Positions 1-11,114 of a stretch of 64,000 nt of DNA are shown piece by piece. Position numbers and translations under genes: made by a program. How positions within the stretch are numbered: position 1 is the first letter of the stretch; every line of letters begins with the position of its first letter. The notes below the pieces were generated by a model, which saw nothing but the letters and a program-made list of their open reading frames with translations, ran no database searches and had not been told where the DNA came from. Origin of the DNA: Raillietiella orientalis (lineage: Eukaryota); NCBI GenBank assembly GCA_036172245.1, contig JAYWIR010000022.1:558001-622000 (forward strand), in the 5' to 3' direction.

Positions 1-78
1 GGGGAGACAGACTTTTGGAAGAAAGCACACTCTTGAAGTATTAAAAACGTTGGTAATCCTGACAAATTTGAATTCAAG

Positions 79-2415
79 GACAAAAACCAGACAGATTGGA
101 AGTAGAAGAAGTTCCCTGCTCCATAACGACGATGGCCTTCTTCGACCGATTATTCGGATCAGCAATGGTCACAAATGATGGAACTCTGGTACAATGCGTC
201 GATGAATCCATTGACTCCTTTTTGGTATGCGATGAATTGCACAAGGTAAAATGATGTGAAAATCCTGATTAAACCAAATTACGGAAATTTCCATAAGGAT
301 TTCGAATGCTCTTTGCACCAGAGCAGCGGCGGGGCATCTCAATTTAATGTGAGAACGGGAAATTACATTTTTGCGCTTCCGATTCAAATTCAAAGCTTTA
401 TTCCATGTTTTTCTCGTTCCATCATTTTATATCAGCCATAAAGCCATGAGAAAACGTTCTTATTGACTCACAAAACAGATTTCGGAACTGTTAATTATTC
501 CCTTCAAAGCACTCCCTTTCGACTCCCATTCAAAGGCCCTGGCTTTTCACCCAGCTGTTGTAGCACTTCTCAAAGTTGTTTTCCATTAGATTATTTAAAA
601 CTCCGCCAGACCTCTTTGAACGTTCCCTATTGTTCCAGAATGAGTTCCTTTCAGGTGACTTCAGTATTGATAACAAAAAGTCACATCGCGATAAATCAGG
701 GGAGAACAGAGGTTGTTCGGTCACTGAAAGTCGTTTTTTCTTTCCTTTTCCTGGCCAGATAATTCCGTGGCGAGAGTGCAATGTCGAGCCCAAGCGTTGT
801 CATGTAGCAAAATCCATTCGTCGAGGAGCAGCTCCGTTCTCACAGCCCCAACCCAGCACTTTCTGAACCTGAAACCGGTGGAAACGGTGGGTTCGCAATG
901 CTCCGGAAGAACGGATGCGGCATTCTCTGGAGCCGAACGAAGAAACCCAAAGTGGTTTCATCTTTGACTTTGGCACTTCCGTGCCTTTCTAAATGGCGGA
1001 GATCGCAGCGGTTTCTCTACCGAAGACTCCGTTCGATTCGAAGTCGTATTTGAGCACGCTCGGTTCACTCTATGATAATGGAGACTTGCGAAACCCCAGT
1101 CATCAACTTTCCTGTTGCCCCGGTGATCTTCATCTCACAAAATCTGCCCGAATCTTTCCCATCTTTTCTGAAGTCTGTTCATCGGTAGGTCAGATTCCGT
1201 ACAGTCTGTGCTCAAATTTCCCACACCCCTATGTTTCCAGCCAAAATTAGTCACACCCTCCCCGTTTCTGCCATGCTCTAAAGCATGAAACGATGATTAT
1301 TTCTGATGGTGTCATTGCCATAAACCCTCGATCCAACGATCTCCCACCCCTCTCACTTTTGTGTTTTCCACTTTTCTTTTGTCGTTTTGAGGCTGTTTGA
1401 TGGACCATAAACAGCAACTGCTGACTAGGACGGTTGTCATCTCCATGAATCTGTTGCAACATTTGGGGAATTTCCAGGGTTGCCTTATGCAGTTCAACCA
1501 ACAACTCAGTGTTGGTTCATTATTCCACAAATCAATCACTCGTTTCAAGACGAAATTGAAAAGCAAAAAAAAAAAAAAAGCAAACAAACAAGCAAAAAGC
1601 CAATAAATCTGAACGGCAGCTACCCCGTTTTGGTAGAGACGTCGGCCAGAGACTTCAGCATCTCATCCCTGTGCCAATACTCTCAAATGTGGCGTGCTAT
1701 CCTCTTCCATCGGTTTCATTTTTTGTTTGTTTTTTCTTTTCCTTGCGTTTCCATCAGTTTCATCGAAGATCACTTGGCGTAACCCACATAACCGAATTTT
1801 TCTCTCCATTTCATTCTCGCGTCATGCATGCAGCGCAAAATACTTCGAAAAACGAACTATCCATAAACTGCCATCATCGTTTCGAATATTCACATTGTAT
1901 AGGACGACCACATGTGAACCCTCGAGTCACGTTTTTTGCTGTGTTTCGAACGGAATCGTGACATCCGAATCGTTGCCACTGCTGCCTCGATTGACCATTT
2001 CAGCTGCTGTTATCTGAAGAGTATGCAGATGTGCTGTTCGGGAAACAGGAGAGGAATGAGTTTATATTCCGATTATTCTCCCATTTCTGTCTTGGCGGCC
2101 TGTGGTGCCAATCGGAGCACACTTTACAGCCATACCTTGATGTCACGAAACAGGTCTATAAGGAACTCATAGAGTGAGTGAATCCATCCGAGTCACCTGA
2201 GCCACCTCGTTTTTTTCAGCGTTTGCAAAGATGAAAGAGAAAAACGGGTCCGCATACTTTCAGTGGTTCTCAAAGTAAGATTGTTCTCCCAAGACTGGTG
2301 CTACTTTCCAGATCGAGCGGATCACATTCAGAATTTCCTGTATTTGATTGTGCAGCCATACAGGAGGCACGTGATCACGTTTTATCACAAATTTGGCGGC
2401 CATTTCGAAAGCTAG
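79..2415 (+). CDS. CFAP300: Cilia- and flagella-associated protein 300 (C11orf70/DUF4498, dynein-arm assembly factor). 3' part only: exons 79-245, 2004-2173, 2220-2415; the 5' exons lie upstream of the window.
   Basis: GT-AG exons in consistent phase translate to ..KPDRLEVEEVPCSITTMAFFDRLFGSAMVTNDGTLVQCVDESIDSFLVCDELHK|LLLSEEYADVLFGKQERNEFIFRLFSHFCLGGLWCQSEHTLQPYLDVTKQVYKELI|DVCKDERE..HIQNFLYLIVQPYRRHVITFYHKFGGHFES*. This matches the recalled CFAP300 motifs VPC..M.FF.RL, EFLF.LF.H.CLGG..CQ, PYL..TK..YK.L and H.Q.F.Y.IV.P.RR. AATAAA at 2428-2433. Confidence 0.9.
470..1560 (-). mobile_element. Decayed Tc1/mariner transposon (near full-length transposase remnant) inside a CFAP300 intron
   Basis: Frameshifted minus-strand pieces occur in transposase order: EIPQMLQQIHGDD (HTH N-terminus), VLKYDFES (cf. 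W.Y.YDPE), KARKCQKSKMK (cf. KKAR..KSK.K), LHDNAWARH (cf. LHHDNARPH), QPLFSPDLSRCDF (cf. PPYSPDLAPCDF) and NFEKCYNSW. TIRs were not confidently seen. Confidence 0.8.
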
Positions 2416-2477
2416 CATCGGGTTGTGAATAAATGATTCTGTGTCGTCTGGGATCCATCAGTGACTTGGAATGTTAA

Positions 2478-4990
2478 TCAAGAGCTCGGATTTGGGAGCT
2501 CAGGACCACGAAAATAGCGATAGGCGCGCGCTGCATCTTTAAAAGTCTTCACCAGCTCAGACATGTTTCGTGAATCCATTTATCAAAACAAGCTTCTTGC
2601 AGGCGAACTGACCAGTCCGAGAATGGTTCTCTGAGTAGAAAAACACGCTTTCCCAGAGCACTGGCAGTGGACCGGACTTGGCCTTTCCGTGGTGTCTCCA
2701 ATTCAGCTCGTCAGTTCATCTTTTCCCCCTCTTATTGACAAAATTTGATTTCTCTGAGTGTCCCAATGAATTTGTAGCCTGTCCTCATGATTCCAACATC
2801 TGTTTATGATTTTCTACTTATCAAATTTAAAAAAGAGTAGCTGTGTTTTGGAAGGGAAGGATTTTGGTAACTGGAATGGGGGGCAGCATGTGAAACCTTC
2901 GTTTTCCAGATGGAGGTTTTTGAAATTAGATAAATCCCGTAAGCTGCTTTGTGTTTCCAAAGCACTTCGTTCCTGATGGTTATTGAACTGCGTTCAGCTG
3001 CGTCCATCAAACTGAACCCGAGAACCGGGAAACCAAGGTAAAAAGGTCAGTGCTCGGTTCCCGAAATAACAGAGCTGGAATCGCACGAAAACTCACTTCA
3101 TTAGAAAACGACAAAGAGGAATCAGCGAACTTTCAAGCTGCTTTCGTAAACGAGAGTTTCATCTCTCTCGTACCCGTGTTACCATAGGGGAGAGCGTTCG
3201 AACATTGGCCAAGAACCACTCAGTCATGTCATGTGGCTGCATTTTTCCGATAACATTACAAGCAGTCTCCTCAGCTAAGCAGGATGCATCAAATAAGACG
3301 TTGCTATGCGAGGATGAAGCACTTTTCCGAAGTAGAGTACGTGATCCCTTAATTGGATCCTTGTGGCCCGCTTCTTGTAATGGCAGAAGGAGTTGGTTTT
3401 GTTTACGCTGAAGAGAAAATCGAATTTTTAGATCACTGATAGTAGGCGAATCCGGGAACCCCCCTCCCCCCAGTTCTTTTCCTAGCTAATATACTCTTCC
3501 TCGTTCGAGGAGCATTCTCATGTGGATGTTCCCCCAAATGTCGTGTGACCCTTTCTTGGGATCTGTTCGGGGCATTTCTCACAGGTAGTCAAGTTGCCTC
3601 GAACTTCTAGAACATTCTATTTTATTTTATGTTTCTTGTATCTTTTCTTAATTCTTGTTGAATCCTTTCTCAAAGGAAAGAAATCATTGTTATGAATCAT
3701 GATCGTCCACCCAATTTCGAGAGCTTAATGATTTTTTTCTTGTTTTCGCTTCTGAGGCTCCTGCTCAGGCTATTCGAACCAGCTTCCGTCCCATAGCACC
3801 CTCGATCATTGATGCCGTACTTGAACGGATGGAGGACGAAGAGCAACCACTATTCGGTTGTTGACGAACGAAGCAAATCAAATCAAGCTGCAATCACCAT
3901 GGAACTCTCAATCAAGAATGGAAGAATCAAGCATTCCGGAATGCGTTTCTGCACACGGATCGTCTTCTCAAATGCTTAGATACGGCTCCTGGCCGGCACT
4001 GCTTCCATTGCAACGGCTTGCAGGAAGCAGCTTGGCACCCGGTTCCTTTCGATGATGCCCACCACAGAAGGGCGGAGCAGATGGCTCTTGCGCTTTCCGA
4101 TTGCCAGTAGATTCTCGGAATGGGCTGCAGGTGGTTGTAATGACCGGAGAGACATGCGAGAAAAGCGCTGGGCTGCTAGAAGGAGAAAGCTGGCTTATGC
4201 AACCGGATCCTGTCGAGTCACATAGTGCACGTCTTGCGCAGCCTGTTACAGGGGAAACAGAGGTGGTGGCCCGCTGTCCCACCTGCTCTCCTGATCTGAT
4301 GCCATGTAGCTGCTTTCTAGTCTCGGGAACCGCTTTCAATCGTGCTGCGTTGTTCGCTCGGTTACCGCGGTGATAACACCTCGGATTGGTACCAAATGGA
4401 CGCGATGTGCGGCCCCGAAGACGGTGCCAGAGAAAGAGGAGTGTGTTCTCATAGTCGTGAGACGACGTGAGTAGACAGAGATCACGAGCGTGAAGGAACA
4501 TCCCACCTGTCCATACACAGGCCAGCTCAAACAAGAGTGGGCCTTTGGACGCAGAACAAGGGAAGCATTTCTCGAATGTTTCTTGAAAACAGTTTCCAAT
4601 GTGGTAAGCATGATCGAGGATGCTGAACTGCTTGTTGGCATCTTAGACATGACCAAAAAAAATAAGAGACACGAAAAGTATAATGGAAAGTGACTTGACG
4701 GTTCAGCAAGAATCTGCACGAGCAGCTGCCATCCAACTTTTGTAATTATCTTAACAGACTGCTGCTGAAAATTCTGAAGAAGAGTCGGTAGAGAATCGAT
4801 CATTTTCCACTTTCGAACTCTCGAGATGGAACCACATCCGTTGCATCAACCCGTCTTTCGGCCGTAGGATGAAATTGCAGTCTGGAGCCGAATCAATAGA
4901 ATAACCATTGCGTTGCTTTTCGAAAACTGAAATTTCGTATAATTTCGTGATAGAACAAGTGGCAACGCCTGAGTTTGGATTTTGCACCCG
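2478..4990 (-). CDS. Probable multi-exon gene of unknown function, convergent with CFAP300. Best-supported exons are 3407-3183, 3140-3097 and one starting at 3011; outer limits are uncertain.
   Basis: Consecutive GT-AG bounded segments keep an open frame: RKQNQLLLPLQ..MQPHDMTEWFLANVRTLSPM|QLESSLIPLCRFLMN|LMDAAERSSITIRNEVLWKHK... Further candidate exons lie at ~3820-3710, ~3560-3495 and 3970-4990. No recognisable domain. Confidence 0.4.
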
Positions 4991-6079
4991 GATCGCCTAA
5001 CACGGGAGAATCCGTTTCCATGCCGTTCGAACCTCTTTCTATTGTAAATTCCTGCTTCGGGAACGAGAACTTTTATGAGAAGTAATGCTACTGGAGATTG
5101 TTCCTTGGAGTATCACGAAAGTGCACATTTTGGTTCGGAATTTGAATAAATAGAAACAAAAACCGATCGGCTGGAAACGGGCGTTTCCTGAAAAGCATTC
5201 TCCAAACCTATCAATGAACTATACATACACAGTCAGTGCACCGAATTAGAGCTGTGTTAGAAGAGTAAGTACACTTATGTATTCTTCGCTGCTCTCAGTT
5301 TAATGCATTCTGTTATGGAGAGGTCTTTCCAGTTGCTGCATTTAACAACAGCTTCTTAAGAAACATCCTGGACGGAAACACTACTTTCTTCATTGAATTT
5401 CTTCCATAAAAGACTCAAGTAATCCAATGGGAATTTTGGACTTTGCCACCATTGAGACAATACCCCGAAACTGGGCAGCTGAGACATTATTTATTTTTTT
5501 TTTTCTGGCTCAGCAGAAAAATTAACTAGACATGGTTAAGCATTTAATGATGCAAATAATGGGTATGCTAGTAAAAAACAGTAAGATCGCAAATAAAAGA
5601 GAACAGTAAATTTTTGCTTCTCTCACGAATCTCTCATAAGCAGGCAGTTTGTGCTTTTGCGACCGCATTTTGTAAAGTTAGATATTGTGTACTGAACTGT
5701 TCAGCTAAGTCCACGTGTACTTATCGGCATGATTAAAGAGTGAGCATTTCGGATGAATCGCCAGGTCGGAGGCCAGTCTTTCAAAGGGGACCATCAGAAA
5801 GACTCTTTTCCACCGTGAATTTCGTACACGCGGCGACACGGAGAATGCGAAGGACTAGTGTTTCGGGAAAAGCAAGCTCCTGCAGACAGCGTAAGGAATC
5901 TCTTCTTTCAGAGACCAGAAACTCGAATAATCCCCTCTTAGGAAAGCTCGAAAGTTTCCAAATGGGCAACGGGAACTCTTCTCAGTATTTTCCTTTTCAG
6001 TTCAGTTAACAGGAGGAGTTCTTTTCGGTTCAATGTTTTGAAGGTTGTTTCAACTCCATAAAGTGATCGATCGTGACAA

Positions 6080-6330
6080 ACCTTGTCTTGTGAGTGGGAG
6101 AGAAACTCCGAGGAACATGGAGTTCTAGAATTCGGAACTCCCCATTTTGATAGGGCCGACTCCTGCCACTTGACAGGGAGGGTTGCACTGTTCCAGCACG
6201 CTGGGGACCACTTCACCTACTCCGGAGGGATGCCGAGCAGCTCTTTCCCTCAGCATGTATGTCCGTGGGGTGGGTGGGACACTCGGGGTCACGGCGTCCG
6301 CGAGTTCCCGAGTTGTCCGCGCTCCCAGAG
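6080..6330 (-). mobile_element. Fragment of the ORF2 3' region of an L1/Tx1-like non-LTR retrotransposon
   Basis: Translates to ELLGIPPE*VKWSPACWNSATLPVKWQESALSKWGVP, homologous to the copies at 37739-38280 and 38290-38660. It shares the DNA motifs gccgactc.tgccactt and ggatgccgagcagctc with the 37739-38280 copy. Confidence 0.65.
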
Positions 6331-6770
6331 ATCGAACAGTGCAGAAAACAGGTTAAAGACGAAAAAAAACAAAAAACAAAAGCAGAAGCATGTAAATCGT
6401 AAAAGAGAACCATAACAATGTTGGAATCAAATAATTAGGTATGTCTCGTACAGTACCAATGTGGCAGGTTTATTGTACCTTCGTTTTGATTTCATTCCCT
6501 GGAACTTGGTTCGTCCTTTAGACTTTCATGCAAACTGGTGAAAAACGCCATTCAGCAACTTACGGTTAAAGAAAGCAAGAAAGATTCTTCTAGTCTAGCA
6601 GGCCAAGTGATTGCTAGACACTTTAGAAAACGCTGGGGTTTCGTTTCTATGGAAAATATGACTTCTTCTCAACCTTCTGAGGAAAAAAATTCCAGCTTGT
6701 TTCCTGAAAAATACAATCCCGAAGTTCCCTTAATTTTTCTGCAATCCAAAGTCAAAGAATGAGGAAGGCT

Positions 6771-6813
6771 GTTCTTTATGTATCCAGAAGTTACATCTGG
6801 ATACATAAAGAAC
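6771..6813. repeat. Perfect 18-bp inverted repeat with a 7-nt loop
   Basis: gttctttatgtatccaga-agttaca-tctggatacataaagaac. Confidence 0.95.
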
Positions 6814-9800
6814 CTTTCCGGAAGCAGGAAAAACATTCCTCCAATGCATTCCATAGCGATGTTGCAACCGCTGAAACTCTAATTCATACATCATCTGAAA
6901 CATCATTTGGAAAGGGTGGATGAGCTCCCCCAATTAATTAAAGATCCTCCAAATCGTGCTTCATCCTGTTTATTAATCAGCACGGGGGTTGTTTGGGTTG
7001 TCATTGGTGAAAATGGTTGTAAATGAAGATAAAGATTGGATTTCTCCGCATAAACAAATCTTTTTCATTATACCTTCACATGAGTATTATCTGCTTTTCA
7101 TGGTATGTGCTTTTCATAGCAGTCTGGGTATGTGTGTGTGTGTGTGGGGAGGGGGAGAATCTCTTCAAACCCATCTTCATTTAGGTGATCATCATAACTC
7201 TATGGAAGAAAAAGCTAACTTTCTAAGAAAAAATAAAATAAAATTCGAATTTTTTAAACTGGTTTATTCTTGCTTTGATCACTTTTGGATGTTGGAATGA
7301 TGACGAATTTTTTGGAAAATTTGGAATTTTTCCTTTTCTCAGTGGTTGCGAAGATGAATGTATGCTGAAGTACTTTTATCGGTGCAGTCAGAAATTGCAC
7401 ATCCATGAATTTGCGAGTGCCCCACTGTTTCTCTGACAAGAACACTTGGAACGTAGGGGAGACTAATACAAAAAACATACTCATTTCAAGTACAATAGCT
7501 TCTTTTCCAATTCAGCATCTACTGGAATAATGGAATTCCGGAAACTTTTCCTTTTCAAACAAACTTCAAGGTAGGGTCTACCATAAATCTGCATTCGAGG
7601 CGGATTTTGTCCAGGATGGATTCGACCTTTGCGTGTAGCTGACTTCTTAACGCATTCTAAGCGAAATGCCACCGGTCAAGGAAGGACAGACCGTTTGAAT
7701 TCTTGTACACAAACCTGCATCGAAATTCGTTCTCTGGGAATGTTTCCAAGAGTAAAACGTAATTTCTTTTTTTTTTTATGTCACTGAACCCTTCGAAACC
7801 AACAACGATTTTGACAAACCTTTTTCTTCATGAAATCATATGATTTTCTTTCATTTGATATCCCATCTTACGATGTATGCACCGTCACAGAAGAGTAAAT
7901 CCTGAGCATGATTCCAAAAAGGATCGCGGGTTCCTTGAAAATTTTACCTCGTCTTTCATCGTAACTGCTTACCAGATATTCTTAACAAGAAGTAGTCCAG
8001 AAAACGTAACCGTTACGATCCGATTTTAAAAAGTGACCTTTCTGCAACGTGGGCTTTCGGTGCTTGTACGAGCGTTCTTAAGGTCAACAGCTTGCTAGTT
8101 AATGATGGCGTGGTATTTAATGACGAATTCGGCTGATCTAGGAAATACCGTGCACAATGCAGAGGTAACTGAATACATGACTAAAAAGCTCTTGATTCCA
8201 GAGGACGTTTGGAAAACTCTAAACATAATTTCTCATCCAGAGTCAAGACGTGATAAGGACAGATGTTTTCAATGGCAATTAGACGGTGACTGTCCTTCAA
8301 TTCCCGGAAAGCTCCCATCCACAAGACGCGAGCAAAGCTCATTCACAGATAATAGTGAAAGCACTACTGAATGCAAAATAAGTAACGTTTAATAAAATCT
8401 GTGTTAATCCCATGTGCCAAGGATTTCAGTCACTGAAGTCCCCATCAGTTCTATATTCTTCCTCCAGCTTCAAACCATTCGGCGTGTTCCCCGTAAGGAG
8501 TTTTTTGGATTGCCCCTGGAACCATTTATCCAATATTTGATGTACATCCTGATCTCCTGGTCTATTGAAAAGTTGAGGCCTTCAAAGTGTCTCTTTGGTA
8601 ATCATGTGAATATGAAAATTAGCCTAACAACGGGAAGTGAAGGGACTCGGCAATTCGGATGATCCTGTGCCATTTCCCGCTTAGAGAGGGTGTGGAAGTT
8701 ACGCTAAAGGCACAATCTACCAGCAATGATCTTCGGGATTTGTTCCGAAGTGCAGCCTGCAGGATGTTTCGCAAGCGTGTTTCAGCATTTCAGCCATATT
8801 TTCCCTCTACGCATGTGGTGATCCAGAATTATCCCTCGACCCAGGCTTGCCAAGCTGTAAAGGATGTTCGTCGAGTTTCGGAATTCTTTTGTCTGACTTA
8901 GACGCGTCTCTTGCTAATGCAAGTTTCGCTTTTATGAATTAATTAATATTGTACGATAAAGCTCACTTGTTGGCGCATCTGTGCAGAGAATACGGATCTC
9001 TGTGCCACACTGCAGCATTTTGTGCACTGTCTGCTCTTAATTTCTCAGTGGACCGAAATCAGTTCTGTGCTGCCACCACAATTGAAGAAAGCAGAGGGCT
9101 ACGGGGATCATGCTGTTTTGGCACTGGCTGCGAGTTATGATGAATTGGCCACTTATATTCAAATCATTTCAGACGAAAATCCGGATCTTAATAGAGCTTA
9201 ACCGAATAGACTTTTGTTTAGAGCAGTCCCTTTAGACTGTAGGCATGCCTTTCCATTTTTCAGAATTGAAAGTTGGCCGGTAGAAAAAAAGGATGCAGTC
9301 ATTACTGTTCCCCGTAAGACAGGCTCAGTAATCCTGAAATTACCCTGTGGTATATTATGTTCAGACAACTTTGACTAGTATTTGCAACAGATACTTTTTG
9401 GAGTACTGAACAAACCAAGACTCTTACAAAGTCTCCTCGTTTTTTTTTAATTTACTGCATAATACACTTTTTAATTTGAACACCAGATATTGATCAGCAA
9501 AATTGCAAAACTGTTTCAGTGTGCAAGTGTTCTTTGGCGAACAAAGTTGAATTTTAGTAATTGAGCGATCTTTAATATATGGAGGGTGTGCTTGCGTTCC
9601 TCACTTTCATGGTCTCTGAAGTCGCCTGAATTCTTTTCCGGTGGGATCTCACGCATAGAAATTTGTTCACGTTAATTTTTTTCTTGAGATGAGGATGAGC
9701 AGTTATTAAGACACCATGCCAATTTTGTGTTTGATTCAGCCACCGAATTCATTAGACTGCCGAATCCCATGCGGTAATCTTTTTGGGCAATGTCGTAGCT

Positions 9801-11114
9801 GTTAATTTGTTAGAGTCACCAAAAGCACCTATGAGGAATTAGGTGCAGATTAAGCAGAATCAGCATGCAGAAAATCAGTCTGTTGGAGGGATTTTTCTCA
9901 AGAGTCTCTGCCGAGTGATCCCCAGGAATTTTGGAATGGAAAAGTGCAGATCCGTGCTACCGTCGACCTTAGCAGGGATAACGAAACCTACAGCTGATTC
10001 AGGAACAGAAGTGCAAGAAAAGAAAAGGAAGCACACACGGTTTTTTTTTTTTTTTTGCTTCAAACACAAAAAAAAAAGGCTGTAAGTGTCCTCAGGAAGG
10101 AAAAACAGGGATTCCCGGCCATGCACGAAAATAAAACGTTTCAGTTTACCATGTTCGCAGCTTTCGTTTCCTTTTTTTTTTTTTTTCTTCACCCCTCTCT
10201 CTCTCGCTCTTTCCAAAGGAAGGAAGAAAAGAAAAGAAAAAAAAAAAAAAAGGAAACAGCATATTCAGCAAATTTCTTTCCCGAAGCTTTCGTAAGACAC
10301 GTGATTTTTCCTTCTCTCGTGAGCAGCAAAATGCCGAACCTTAAAAATCATTTTTCCAGCCGGAATACCGTTGTCACTATTGATGTACCGTGAGCAGCAG
10401 TTGCGAATTCTAATCTGCAATCGAAGCATTGCGAGCAATTCTGTTGTTTTCTGTGGAACAAAAAGTTTGCTTTCATCTTCGTCTGTTTTTATGGCACGTG
10501 AAGATCTATTTTTCCGTACCCCCCCCCCCTTTTTTTTTTGGAGGGGGGGGGGGGTTTGTTGTTGTTGGTTGCTTCCAGTACGAGTGTGTGTGGTGAGGTT
10601 TGTGCAGAGATAATCACTGGTTTGCCATGCAAAACTGTTTTACTTGCCGGATTTTTTGAAAAAAAAAAAAAAAAAAAAGAGGAGTCAGCGTAACTTGCCT
10701 TGGTAGCACAAAAATAAAAAAAGGCTGCCCCTTGAAGTGTTTCAAATGTATCCAGTGGTCAAAAGGAAATCAGTTTCCAATGTACAAGCCACAAAGTATT
10801 TTTGTGATTGGTCGTAATATCGTAACAATGCCACATTTCCTAATTCATAGTGAATACTATTTTCAGAAAAATCAGTTTCCTCCAGAGCAAACCCACTTTT
10901 GTGCCATTGGGATGTGTGGATGTGCATTATTAATTCTTGTCAAATCTTTTGTGTGTGATGGCATGTGTTGATTCCATGCATTTATTTCACATCATCAATA
11001 TTTTCAGATTTTAACCAAGTATCTACTTTGGATGAGCATTTTTAGGGTTTTTTTATATTTGAATCATTAGATATATTACAAATGAAATTATTGAACTGAC
11101 TTATGTGTATTCTA

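Noticed and set aside
5200..9500. Exon-like segments on the minus strand
   Set aside because: Splice-like signals are present, but the candidate frames contain stops and no coherent model or family emerged.
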